The position numbers and the translations under genes were made by a program. A stretch of DNA of 64,000 nucleotides from the human T2T-CHM13v2.0 reference genome, Homo sapiens. Positions 51,401 through 64,000 of this stretch are shown here, in pieces (the first letter of the stretch is position 1; every line of letters begins with the position of its first letter). The DNA is taken from the NCBI RefSeq assembly GCF_009914755.1, contig NC_060937.1, one strand, 5' to 3'. A model generated the notes under the pieces. That model saw only the letters and a program-made list of their open reading frames with translations. It ran no database searches and was not told the origin of the DNA.

Positions 51401-51508
51401 CTCCAAGCTATCCAAATATCCACTTGCAGATTCCACAAAAAGAGTGTTTCAAAACTGCTCTCTATCAATGGCAAAGTTCAACTCTGTTAGTTGAGGACAC
51501 ATATCACC
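48449..51508 (-). repeat. 11-mer followed by 7-mer
   Basis: 11-mer 48449-50318 (marker 49549); 7-mer 50319-51508. Confidence 0.92.
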
Positions 51509-54500
51509 AACAAGTTTCTGAGAATGCTTCTGTCTATTTTTTATGGGAAGATATTTCCTTTTTCACCGTAGGCGTCAAGGCGATCGAAATGTCCACTTCC
51601 ACAAACTACAAAAAGAGTGTTTCAAACCTGCTCTATGAAAGGCCATGTTCATCTCTATGAGTCGAATGGAAATATCCGAAAGAAATTTCTGGGAATGCTG
51701 CTGTCTAGTTTTTATACGAATTCCCGCTTCCAACGAAATCCTCAAAGCAATCCAAATATCCACTTGCAGAATCCACAAAAAGAGTGTTTCAAAACTGCTC
51801 TATCAATAGAAAGGTTCAACTCTTTTAGTTGAGTACACACATCACAAACAAGTTTCTGAGAATGCTTCTGTCTGGCTTTTATTGGAAGACGTTTCCTTTT
51901 CACCAAAGGCATCAAAGCGCTCCAAATGTCCACTTCCAGATTCTTCCAAAAGAGTGTTTGAAACGTGCTCAAAGTAAGGGAATGTTCAACTCTGTGACTT
52001 GAATGCAGATATCACCAAGTAGTTTCTAATAGTGCTTCTGTCTAGATTTTAGATGATGATATTCCCGTTTCCAACGAAATCGTTAGAGCTATCCAAATAT
52101 CCACTTACAGTTGCTACAAAAAGAGTGTTTCCAAACTGCTGCATCAAAAGAAAGGTTCAACTCTGTTAGTTGAGGACACACATCACAAAGAAGTTTGTGA
52201 GAATGCTTCTGTCTAGATTTTGTATGACCATATTCCCTTTTCCAGCGATATCATTAAAGCAATCTAAATATCCATTTGCAGAATCCACAAAAATAGAGTT
52301 TCAAAGCTGCTCTGTAAAAAGAAAGGTTCCACTCTGTTAGCTGAGTACACACATCACAAACTTGTTTCTCAGAATCCTTCTGTCTCGTTTTTATGGGAAG
52401 ATATTTACTTTTTCACCGTAGGCATCAAAGCGCTCCAAATGTCCACATCCAGATACTCCAGAAAGAGTGTTTCAAACCTGCTCTATGAAAGGGAATCTTC
52501 AACTCTATGAGTTGAATGCAGACATCAGAAAGAAATTTCTGAGAATGCTGCTGTCTACCTTTTATTTGAATTCCCGCTTCCAACGAAATCCTCCAAGCTA
52601 TCCAAATATCCACCTGCATTTTCCACAAAAAGAGCGTTTCAAAACTGCTCTATCAATAGAAATGTTCAACTCCTTTGGCTGGGTACACACATCACAAACA
52701 AGTTTCTGAGAATGCTTCTGTCTAGTTTTTATGGGAAGACATTCCCTTTTTCACCAAAGGCATCAAAGCGCTCCAAATGTCCACTTCCAGACACTACAAA
52801 AAGAGTGTTTCCAACGTGCTCTAAGAAAGCGAATGTTCAACTCTGTGACTTGAATGCAGATATCACAAAGTAGTTTCTGAGAGGGCTTCTGTCTAGATTT
52901 TAGATGATGATATTCCCGTTTCCAACGAAATCATTAGAGCTATCCAAATATCCACTTACAGTTTCTACAAAAAGAGTGTTTCCAAACTGCTGCATCAAAA
53001 GAGAGGTTCCACTCTGTTAGCTGAGTACACACATCACAAACTTGTTTCTCAGAATCCTTCTGTCTCGTTTTTCTGGGAAGATATTTACTTTTTCACCGTA
53101 GGCATCAAAGCGCTCCAAATGTCCACATCCAGATACTCCAGAAAGAGTGTTTCAAACCTGCTCTATGAAAGGGAATCTTCAACTCTATGAGTTGAATGCA
53201 GACATCAGAAAGAAATTTCTGAGAATGCTGCTGTCTACCTTTTATTTGAATTCCCGCTTCCAACGAAATCCTCCAAGCTATCCAAATATCCACTTGCAGA
53301 TTCCACAAAAAGAGTGTTTCAAAACTGCTCTCTATCAATGGCAAAGTTCAACTCTGTTAGTTGAGGACACATATCACCAACAAGTTTCTGAGAATGCTTC
53401 TGTCTATTTTTTATGGGAAGATATTTCCTTTTTCACCGTAGGCGTCAAGGCAATCGAAATGTCCACTTCCACAAACTACAAAAAGAGTGTTTCAAACCTG
53501 CTCTATGAAAGGCCATGTTCATCTCTATGAGTCGAATGGAAATATCCGAAAGAAATTTCTGGGAATGCTGCTGTCTAGTTTTTATACGAATTCCCGCTTC
53601 CAACGAAATCCTCAAAGCAATCCAAATATCCACTTGCAGAATCCACAAAAAGAGTGTTTCAAAACTGCTCTATCAATAGAAAGGTTCAACTCTTTTAGTT
53701 GAGTACACACATCACAAACAAGTTTCTGAGAATGCTTCTGTCTGGCTTTTATTGGAAGACGTTTCCTTTTCACCAAAGGCATCAAAGCGCTCCAAATGTC
53801 CACTTCCAGATTCTTCCAAAAGAGTGTTTGAAACGTGCTCAAAGTAAGGGAATGTTCAACTCTGTGACTTGAATGCAGATATCACCAAGTAGTTTCTAAT
53901 AGTGCTTCTGTCTAGATTTTAGATGATGATATTCCCGTTTCCAACGAAATCGTTAGAGCTATCCAAATATCCACTTACAGTTGCTACAAAAACAGTGTTT
54001 CCAAACTGCTGCATCAAAAGAAAGGTTCAACTCTGTTAGTTGAGGACACACATCACAAAGAAGTTTGTGAGAATGCTTCTGTCTAGATTTTGTATGACCA
54101 TATTCCCTTTTCCAGCGATATCATTAAAGCAATCTAAATATCCATTTGCAGAATCCACAAAAATAGAGTTTCAAAGCTGCTCTGTAAAAAGAAAGGTTCC
54201 ACTCTGTTAGCTGAGTACACACATCACAAACTTGTTTCTCAGAATCCTTCTGTCTCGTTTTTCTGGGAAGATATTTACTTTTTCACCGTAGGCATCAAAG
54301 CGCTCCAAATGTCCACATCCAGATACTCCAGAAAGAGTGTTTCAAACCTGCTCTATGAAAGGGAATCTTCAACTCTATGAGTTGAATGCAGACATCAGAA
54401 AGAAATTTCTGAGAATGCTGCTGTCTACCTTTTATTTGAATTCCCGCTTCCAACGAAATCCTCCAAGCTATCCAAATATCCACCTGCATTTTCCACAAAA

Positions 54501-57500
54501 AGAGCGTTTCAAAACTGCTCTATCAATAGAAATGTTCAACTCCTTTGGCTGGGTACACACATCACAAACAAGTTTCTGAGAATGCTTCTGTCTAGTTTTT
54601 ATGGGAAGACATTCCCTTTTTCACCAAAGGCATCAAAGCGCTCCAAATGTCCACTTCCAGACACTACAAAAAGAGTGTTTCCAACGTGCTCTAAGAAAGC
54701 GAATGTTCAACTCTGTGACTTGAATGCAGATATCACAAAGTAGTTTCTGAGAGGGCTTCTGTCTAGATTTTAGATGATGATATTCCCGTTTCCAACGAAA
54801 TCATTAGAGCTATCCAAATATCCACTTACAGTTTCTACAAAAAGAGTGTTTCCAAACTGCTGCATCAAAAGAGAGGTTCCACTCTGTTAGCTGAGTACAC
54901 ACATCACAAACTTGTTTCTCAGAATCCTTCTGTCTCGTTTTTCTGGGAAGATATTTACTTTTTCACCGTAGGCATCAAAGCGCTCCAAATGTCCACATCC
55001 AGATACTCCAGAAAGAGTGTTTCAAACCTGCTCTATGAAAGGGAATCTTCAACTCTATGAGTTGAATGCAGACATCAGAAAGAAATTTCTGAGAATGCTG
55101 CTGTCTACCTTTTATTTGAATTCCCGCTTCCAACGAAATCCTCCAAGCTATCCAAATATCCACTTGCAGATTCCACAAAAAGAGTGTTTCAAAACTGCTC
55201 TCTATCAATGGCAAAGTTCAACTCTGTTAGTTGAGGACACATATCACCAACAAGTTTCTGAGAATGCTTCTGTCTATTTTTTATGGGAAGATATTTCCTT
55301 TTTCACCGTAGGCGTCAAGGCGATCGAAATGTCCACTTCCACAAACTACAAAAAGAGTGTTTCAAACCTGCTCTATGAAAGGCCATGTTCATCTCTATGA
55401 GTCGAATGGAAATATCCGAAAGAAATTTCTGGGAATGCTGCTGTCTAGTTTTTATACGAATTCCCGCTTCCAACGAAATCCTCAAAGCAATCCAAATATC
55501 CACTTGCAGAATCCACAAAAAGAGTGTTTCAAAACTGCTCTATCAATAGAAAGGTTCAACTCTTTTAGTTGAGTACACACATCACAAACAAGTTTCTGAG
55601 AATGCTTCTGTCTGGCTTTTATTGGAAGACGTTTCCTTTTCACCAAAGGCATCAAAGCGCTCCAAATGTCCACTTCCAGATTCTTCCAAAAGAGTGTTTG
55701 AAACGTGCTCAAAGTAAGGGAATGTTCAACTCTGTGACTTGAATGCAGATATCACCAAGTAGTTTCTAATAGTGCTTCTGTCTAGATTTTAGATGATGAT
55801 ATTCCCGTTTCCAACGAAATCGTTAGAGCTATCCAAATATCCACTTACAGTTTCTACAAAAAGAGTGTTTCCAAACTGCTGCATCCAAAGAAAGGTTCAA
55901 CTCTGTTAGTTGAGGACACACATCACAAAGAAGTTTGTGAGAATGCTTCTGTCTAGATTTTGTATGACCATATTCCCTTTTCCAGCGATATCATTAAAGC
56001 AATCTAAATATCCATTTGCAGAATCCACAAAAATAGAGTTTCAAAGCTGCTCTGTAAAAAGAAAGGTTCCACTCTGTTAGCTGAGTACACACATCACAAA
56101 CTTGTTTCTCAGAATCCTTCTGTCTCGTTTTTATGGGAAGATATTTACTTTTTCACCGTAGGCATCAAAGCGCTCCAAATGTCCACATCCAGATACTCCA
56201 GAAAGAGTGTTTCAAACCTGCTCTATGAAAGGGAATCTTCAACTCTATGAGTTGAATGCAGACATCAGAAAGAAATTTCTGAGAATGCTGCTGTCTACCT
56301 TTTATTTGAATTCCCGCTTCCAACGAAATCCTCCAAGCTATCCAAATATCCACCTGCATTTTCCACAAAAAGAGCGTTTCAAAACTGCTCTATCAATAGA
56401 AATGTTCAACTCCTTTGGCTGGGTACACACATCACAAACAAGTTTCTGAGAATGCTTCTGTCTAGTTTTTATGGGAAGACATTCCCTTTTTCACCAAAGG
56501 CATCAAAGCGCTCCAAATGTCCACTTCCAGACACTACAAAAAGAGTGTTTCCAACGTGCTCTAAGAAAGCGAATGTTCAACTCTGTGACTTGAATGCAGA
56601 TATCACAAAGTAGTTTCTGAGAGGGCTTCTGTCTAGATTTTAGATGATGATATTCCCGTTTCCAACGAAATCATTAGAGCTATCCAAATATCCACTTACA
56701 GTTTCTACAAAAAGAGTGTTTCCAAACTGCTGCATCAAAAGAGAGGTTCCACTCTGTTAGCTGAGTACACACATCACAAACTTGTTTCTCAGAATCCTTC
56801 TGTCTCGTTTTTCTGGGAAGATATTTACTTTTTCACCGTAGGCATCAAAGCGCTCCAAATGTCCACATCCAGATACTCCAGAAAGAGTGTTTCAAACCTG
56901 CTCTATGAAAGGGAATCTTCAACTCTATGAGTTGAATGCAGACATCAGAAAGAAATTTCTGAGAATGCTGCTGTCTACCTTTTATTTGAATTCCCGCTTC
57001 CAACGAAATCCTCCAAGCTATCCAAATATCCACTTGCAGATTCCACAAAAAGAGTGTTTCAAAACTGCTCTCTATCAATGGCAAAGTTCAACTCTGTTAG
57101 TTGAGGACACATATCACCAACAAGTTTCTGAGAATGCTTCTGTCTATTTTTTATGGGAAGATATTTCCTTTTTCACCGTAGGCGTCAAGGCGATCGAAAT
57201 GTCCACTTCCACAAACTACAAAAAGAGTGTTTCAAACCTGCTCTATGAAAGGCCATGTTCATCTCTATGAGTCGAATGGAAATATCCGAAAGAAATTTCT
57301 GGGAATGCTGCTGTCTAGTTTTTATACGAATTCCCGCTTCCAACGAAATCCTCAAAGCAATCCAAATATCCACTTGCAGAATCCACAAAAAGAGTGTTTC
57401 AAAACTGCTCTATCAATAGAAAGGTTCAACTCTTTTAGTTGAGTACACACATCACAAACAAGTTTCTGAGAATGCTTCTGTCTGGCTTTTATTGGAAGAC

Positions 57501-58988
57501 GTTTCCTTTTCACCAAAGGCATCAAAGCGCTCCAAATGTCCACTTCCAGATTCTTCCAAAAGAGTGTTTGAAACGTGCTCAAAGTAAGGGAATGTTCAAC
57601 TCTGTGACTTGAATGCAGATATCACCAAGTAGTTTCTAATAGTGCTTCTGTCTAGATTTTAGATGATGATATTCCCGTTTCCAACGAAATCGTTAGAGCT
57701 ATCCAAATATCCACTTACAGTTTCTACAAAAAGAGTGTTTCCAAACTGCTGCATCAAAAGAAAGGTTCAACTCTGTTAGTTGAGGACACACATCACAAAG
57801 AAGTTTGTGAGAATGCTTCTGTCTAGATTTTGTATGACCATATTCCCTTTTCCAGCGATATCATTAAAGCAATCTAAATATCCATTTGCAGAATCCACAA
57901 AAATAGAGTTTCAAAGCTGCTCTGTAAAAAGAAAGGTTCCACTCTGTTAGCTGAGTACACACATCACAAACTTGTTTCTGAGAATCCTTCTGTCTCGTTT
58001 TTATGGGAAGATATTTACTTTTTCACCGTAGGCATCAAAGCGCTCCAAATGTCCACATCCAGATACTCCAGAAAGAGTGTTTCAAACCTGCTCTATGAAA
58101 GGGAATCTTCAACTCTATGAGTTGAATGCAGACATCAGAAAGAAATTTCTGAGAATGCTGCTGTCTACCTTTTATTTGAATTCCCGCTTCCAACGAAATC
58201 CTCCAAGCTATCCAAATATCCACCTGCATTTTCCACAAAAAGAGCGTTTCAAAACTGCTCTATCAATAGAAATGTTCAACTCCTTTGGCTGGGTACACAC
58301 ATCACAAACAAGTTTCTGAGAATGCTTCTGTCTAGTTTTTATGGGAAGACATTCCCTTTTTCACCAAAGGCATCAAAGCGCTCCAAATGTCCACTTCCAG
58401 ACACTACAAAAAGAGTGTTTCCAACGTGCTCTAAGAAAGCGAATGTTCAACTCTGTGACTTGAATGCAGATATCACAAAGTAGTTTCTGAGAGGGCTTCT
58501 GTCTAGATTTTAGATGATGATATTCCCGTTTCCAACGAAATCATTAGAGCTATCCAAATATCCACTTACAGTTTCTACAAAAAGAGTGTTTCCAAACTGC
58601 TGCATCAAAAGAGAGGTTCCACTCTGTTAGCTGAGTACACACATCACAAACTTGTTTCTCAGAATCCTTCTGTCTCGTTTTTCTGGGAAGATATTTACTT
58701 TTTCACCGTAGGCATCAAAGCGCTCCAAATGTCCACATCCAGATACTCCAGAAAGAGTGTTTCAAACCTGCTCTATGAAAGGGAATCTTCAACTCTATGA
58801 GTTGAATGCAGACATCAGAAAGAAATTTCTGAGAATGCTGCTGTCTACCTTTTATTTGAATTCCCGCTTCCAACGAAATCCTCCAAGCTATCCAAATATC
58901 CACTTGCAGATTCCACAAAAAGAGTGTTTCAAAACTGCTCTCTATCAATGGCAAAGTTCAACTCTGTTAGTTGAGGACACATATCACC
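51509..58988 (-). repeat. Four tandem 11-mer HORs
   Basis: Starts 51509, 53379, 55249, 57119; tetramer markers 1870 bp apart. Confidence 0.93.
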
Positions 58989-61900
58989 AACAAGTTTCTG
59001 AGAATGCTTCTGTCTATTTTTTATGGGAAGATATTTCCTTTTTCACCGTAGGCGTCAAGGCGATCGAAATGTCCACTTCCACAAACTACAAAAAGAGTGT
59101 TTCAAACCTGCTCTATGAAAGGCCATGTTCATCTCTATGAGTCGAATGGAAATATCCGAAAGAAATTTCTGGGAATGCTGCTGTCTAGTTTTTATACGAA
59201 TTCCCGCTTCCAACGAAATCCTCAAAGCAATCCAAATATCCACTTGCAGAATCCACAAAAAGAGTGTTTCAAAACTGCTCTATCAATAGAAAGGTTCAAC
59301 TCTTTTAGTTGAGTACACACATCACAAACAAGTTTCTGAGAATGCTTCTGTCTGGCTTTTATTGGAAGACGTTTCCTTTTCACCAAAGGCATCAAAGCGC
59401 TCCAAATGTCCACTTCCAGATTCTTCCAAAAGAGTGTTTGAAACGTGCTCAAAGTAAGGGAATGTTCAACTCTGTGACTTGAATGCAGATATCACCAAGT
59501 AGTTTCTAATAGTGCTTCTGTCTAGATTTTAGATGATGATATTCCCGTTTCCAACGAAATCGTTAGAGCTATCCAAATATCCACTTACAGTTGCTACAAA
59601 AACAGTGTTTCCAAACTGCTGCATCAAAAGAAAGGTTCAACTCTGTTAGTTGAGGACACACGTCACAAAGAAGTTTGTGAGAATGCTTCTGTCTAGATTT
59701 TGTATGACGATATTCCCTTTTCCAACGATATCGTTAAAGCAATCTAAATATCCATTTGCAGAATCCACAAAAATAGAGTTTCAAAGCTGCTCTGTAAAAA
59801 GAAAGGTTCCACTCTGTTAGCTGAGTACACACATCACAAACTTGTTTCTCAGAATCCTTCTGTCTCGTTTTTCTGGGAAGATATTTACTTTTTCACCGTA
59901 GGCATCAAAGCGCTCCAAATGTCCACATCCAGATACTCCAGAAAGAGTGTTTCAAACCTGCTCTATGAAAGGGAATCTTCAACTCTATGAGTTGAATGCA
60001 GACATCAGAAAGAAATTTCTGAGAATGCTGCTGTCTACCTTTTATTTGAATTCCCGCTTCCAACGAAATCCTCCAAGCTATCCAAATATCCACTTGCAGA
60101 TTCCACAAAAAGAGTGTTTCAAAACTGCTCTCTATCAATGGCAAAGTTCAACTCTGTTAGTTGAGGACACATATCACCAACAAGTTTCTGAGAATGCTTC
60201 TGTCTATTTTTTATGGGAAGATATTTCCTTTTTCACCGTAGGCGTCAAGGCGATCGAAATGTCCACTTCCACAAACTACAAAAAGAGTGTTTCAAACCTG
60301 CTCTATGAAAGGCCATGTTCATCTCTATGAGTCGAATGGAAATATCCGAAAGAAATTTCTGGGAATGCTGCTGTCTAGTTTTTATACGAATTCCCGCTTC
60401 CAACGAAATCCTCAAAGCAATCCAAATATCCACTTGCAGAATCCACAAAAAGAGTGTTTCAAAACTGCTCTATCAATAGAAAGGTTCAACTCTTTTAGTT
60501 GAGTACACACATCACAAACAAGTTTCTGAGAATGCTTCTGTCTGGCTTTTATTGGAAGACGTTTCCTTTTCACCAAAGGCATCAAAGCGCTCCAAATGTC
60601 CACTTCCAGATTCTTCCAAAAGAGTGTTTGAAACGTGCTCAAAGTAAGGGAATGTTCAACTCTGTGACTTGAATGCAGATATCACCAAGTAGTTTCTAAT
60701 AGTGCTTCTGTCTAGATTTTAGATGATGATATTCCCGTTTCCAACGAAATCGTTAGAGCTATCCAAATATCCACTTACAGTTTCTACAAAAAGAGTGTTT
60801 CCAAACTGCTGCATCAAAAGAAAGGTTCAACTCTGTTAGTTGAGGACACACATCACAAAGAAGTTTGTGAGAATGCTTCTGTCTAGATTTTGTATGACCA
60901 TATTCCCTTTTCCAGCGATATCATTAAAGCAATCTAAATATCCATTTGCAGAATCCACAAAAATAGAGTTTCAAAGCTGCTCTGTAAAAAGAAAGGTTCC
61001 ACTCTGTTAGCTGAGTACACACATCACAAACTTGTTTCTCAGAATCCTTCTGTCTCGTTTTTCTGGGAAGATATTTACTTTTTCACCGTAGGCATCAAAG
61101 CGCTCCAAATGTACACATCCAGATACTCCAGAAAGAGTGTTTCAAACCTGCTCTATGAAAGGGAATCTTCAACTCTATGAGTTGAATGCAGACATCAGAA
61201 AGAAATTTCTGAGAATGCTGCTGTCTACCTTTTATTTGAATTCCCGCTTCCAACGAAATCCTCCAAGCTATCCAAATATCCACCTGCATTTTCCACAAAA
61301 AGAGCGTTTCAAAACTGCTCTATCAATAGAAATGTTCAACTCCTTTGGCTGGGTACACACATCACAAACAAGTTTCTGAGAATGCTTCTGTCTAGTTTTT
61401 ATGGGAAGACATTCCCTTTTTCACCAAAGGCATCAAAGCGCTCCAAATGTCCACTTCCAGACACTACAAAAAGAGTGTTTCCAACGTGCTCTAAGAAAGC
61501 GAATGTTCAACTCTGTGACTTGAATGCAGATATCACAAAGTAGTTTCTGAGAGGGCTTCTGTCTAGATTTTAGATGATGATATTCCCGTTTCCAACGAAA
61601 TCATTAGAGCTATCCAAATATCCACTTACAGTTTCTACAAAAAGAGTGTTTCCAAACTGCTGCATCAAAAGAGAGGTTCCACTCTGTTAGCTGAGTACAC
61701 ACATCACAAACTTGTTTCTCAGAATCCTTCTGTCTCGTTTTTCTGGGAAGATATTTACTTTTTCACCGTAGGCATCAAAGCGCTCCAAATGTCCACATCC
61801 AGATACTCCAGAAAGAGTGTTTCAAACCTGCTCTATGAAAGGGAATCTTCAACTCTATGAGTTGAATGCAGACATCAGAAAGAAATTTCTGAGAATGCTG

Positions 61901-64000
61901 CTGTCTACCTTTTATTTGAATTCCCGCTTCCAACGAAATCCTCCAAGCTATCCAAATATCCACTTGCAGATTCCACAAAAAGAGTGTTTCAAAACTGCTC
62001 TCTATCAATGGCAAAGTTCAACTCTGTTAGTTGAGGACACATATCACCAACAAGTTTCTGAGAATGCTTCTGTCTATTTTTTATGGGAAGATATTTCCTT
62101 TTTCACCGTAGGCGTCAAGGCGATCGAAATGTCCACTTCCACAAACTACAAAAAGAGTGTTTCAAACCTGCTCTATGAAAGGCCATGTTCATCTCTATGA
62201 GTCGAATGGAAATATCCGAAAGAAATTTCTGGGAATGCTGCTGTCTAGTTTTTATACGAATTCCCGCTTCCAACGAAATCCTCAAAGCAATCCAAATATC
62301 CACTTGCAGAATCCACAAAAAGAGTGTTTCAAAACTGCTCTATCAATAGAAAGGTTCAACTCTTTTAGTTGAGTACACACATCACAAACAAGTTTCTGAG
62401 AATGCTTCTGTCTGGCTTTTATTGGAAGACGTTTCCTTTTCACCAAAGGCATCAAAGCGCTCCAAATGTCCACTTCCAGATTCTTCCAAAAGAGTGTTTG
62501 AAACGTGCTCAAAGTAAGGGAATGTTCAACTCTGTGACTTGAATGCAGATATCACCAAGTAGTTTCTAATAGTGCTTCTGTCTAGATTTTAGATGATGAT
62601 ATTCCCGTTTCCAACGAAATCGTTAGAGCTATCCAAATATCCACTTACAGTTGCTACAAAAACAGTGTTTCCAAACTGCTGCATCAAAAGAAAGGTTCAA
62701 CTCTGTTAGTTGAGGACACACGTCACAAAGAAGTTTGTGAGAATGCTTCTGTCTAGATTTTGTATGACGATATTCCCTTTTCCAACGATATCATTAAAGC
62801 AATCTAAATATCCATTTGCAGAATCCACAAAAATAGAGTTTCAAAGCTGCTCTGTAAAAAGAAAGGTTCCACTCTGTTAGCTGAGTACACACATCACAAA
62901 CTTGTTTCTCAGAATCCTTCTGTCTCGTTTTTATGGGAAGATATTTACTTTTTCACCGTAGGCATCAAAGCGCTCCAAATGTCCACATCCAGATACTCCA
63001 GAAAGAGTGTTTCAAACCTGCTCTATGAAAGGGAATCTTCAACTCTATGAGTTGAATGCAGACATCAGAAAGAAATTTCTGAGAATGCTGCTGTCTACCT
63101 TTTATTTGAATTCCCGCTTCCAACGAAATCCTCCAAGCTATCCAAATATCCACTTGCAGATTCCACAAAAAGAGTGTTTCAAAACTGCTCTCTATCAATG
63201 GCAAAGTTCAACTCTGTTAGTTGAGGACACATATCACCAACAAGTTTCTGAGAATGCTTCTGTCTATTTTTTATGGGAAGATATTTCCTTTTTCACCGTA
63301 GGCGTCAAGGCGATCGAAATGTCCACTTCCACAAACTACAAAAAGAGTGTTTCAAACCTGCTCTATGAAAGGCCATGTTCATCTCTATGAGTCGAATGGA
63401 AATATCCGAAAGAAATTTCTGGGAATGCTGCTGTCTAGTTTTTATACGAATTCCCGCTTCCAACGAAATCCTCAAAGCAATCCAAATATCCACTTGCAGA
63501 ATCCACAAAAAGAGTGTTTCAAAACTGCTCTATCAATAGAAAGGTTCAACTCTTTTAGTTGAGTACACACATCACAAACAAGTTTCTGAGAATGCTTCTG
63601 TCTGGCTTTTATTGGAAGACGTTTCCTTTTCACCAAAGGCATCAAAGCGCTCCAAATGTCCACTTCCAGATTCTTCCAAAAGAGTGTTTGAAACGTGCTC
63701 AAAGTAAGGGAATGTTCAACTCTGTGACTTGAATGCAGATATCACCAAGTAGTTTCTAATAGTGCTTCTGTCTAGATTTTAGATGATGATATTCCCGTTT
63801 CCAACGAAATCGTTAGAGCTATCCAAATATCCACTTACAGTTTCTACAAAAAGAGTGTTTCCAAACTGCTGCATCAAAAGAAAGGTTCAACTCTGTTAGT
63901 TGAGGACACACATCACAAAGAAGTTTGTGAGAATGCTTCTGTCTAGATTTTGTATGACCATATTCCCTTTTCCAGCGATATCATTAAAGCAATCTAAATA
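58989..64000 (-). repeat. 7-mer, 11-mer, 7-mer and a partial unit
   Basis: Starts 58989 (7), 60179 (11), 62049 (7), 63239 (truncated by window end). Confidence 0.92.

Larger units (their letters stand above)
1..64000 (-). repeat. Alpha-satellite HOR array, human chr13/21 type (D13Z1/D21Z1, alpha21-I, SF2); likely active centromeric array
   Basis: Seen: ~170-bp monomers with alphoid motifs (tttctgagaatgcttctgtct, tccaaatatccacttgcaga, aaagagtgtttcaaaactgct), alternating CENP-B-box and pJalpha-type monomers, 1190/1870-bp periodicity, EcoRI spacing 850/340/680 bp, 5 CENP-B boxes per 11-mer. Knowledge (recalled, not searched): an 11-mer with 5 boxes and 680/850-bp EcoRI fragments characterises chr13/21 alphoid DNA. 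Alpha-satellite identity is near certain; the family is likely; 13 vs 21 is unresolved. Strand follows the conventional CENP-B box orientation. Confidence 0.95.

Noticed and set aside
8331-63238. 7/11 order as an encoded or quasi-periodic signal
   Set aside because: The order is adequately explained by nested local duplications shown by shared SNVs; no evidence for a code.
67-63702. Some 250 short ORFs (61-131 aa) on both strands
   Set aside because: Translations of satellite monomers repeating with HOR period; overlapping on both strands, many with non-ATG starts, no recognisable domain or gene structure.
1-64000. CRISPR-like or other repeat-spacer system
   Set aside because: No unique spacers, leader or cas genes; the sequence between conserved motifs is itself repeated alphoid monomer.
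1-64000. Transposon insertion, inversion or non-satellite island
   Set aside because: Unit lengths sum exactly to 63238 bp plus the partial unit, leaving no room for an insert; all CENP-B boxes read are in one orientation.
1-64000. Assignment to other SF2 arrays with 7/11-mers (D8Z2, D9Z4)
   Set aside because: EcoRI 850/340/680 pattern, five boxes per 11-mer and monomer sequence fit my recollection of alpha21-I better; not formally excluded without alignment.
1-64000. Computationally modelled centromere (GRCh38-style reference model) instead of real linear sequence
   Set aside because: Rare SNVs recur in phase at 4250, 5100 and 3060 bp, long-range linkage that a short-memory monomer model should not produce; read validation is still needed.

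Overview
The whole 64 kb is an uninterrupted, single-orientation primate alpha-satellite (alphoid) higher-order repeat (HOR) array of ~170-bp monomers, most likely the human chr13/chr21 centromeric family (D13Z1/D21Z1, alpha21-I, suprachromosomal family 2). In phase with base 1 it parses exactly into 25 7-mers (1190 bp), 15 11-mers (1870 bp, one 1868 bp), two 16-monomer units (2720 bp; an 11-mer fused to a 7-mer lacking a dimer) and a final partial unit (63239-64000). CENP-B boxes lie on the minus strand in roughly every other monomer. I see no genes, RNA genes, transposons or CRISPR arrays; all listed ORFs are repeat artefacts. I found no new gene-encoded system. The interesting content is array architecture: a 7-mer to 11-mer gradient, nested 4250/5100/3060-bp duplications marked by shared SNVs, a dimer-deletion variant with a mappable breakpoint, and SNV haplotypes that predict HOR type. 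Variants were read by eye and need alignment to confirm.
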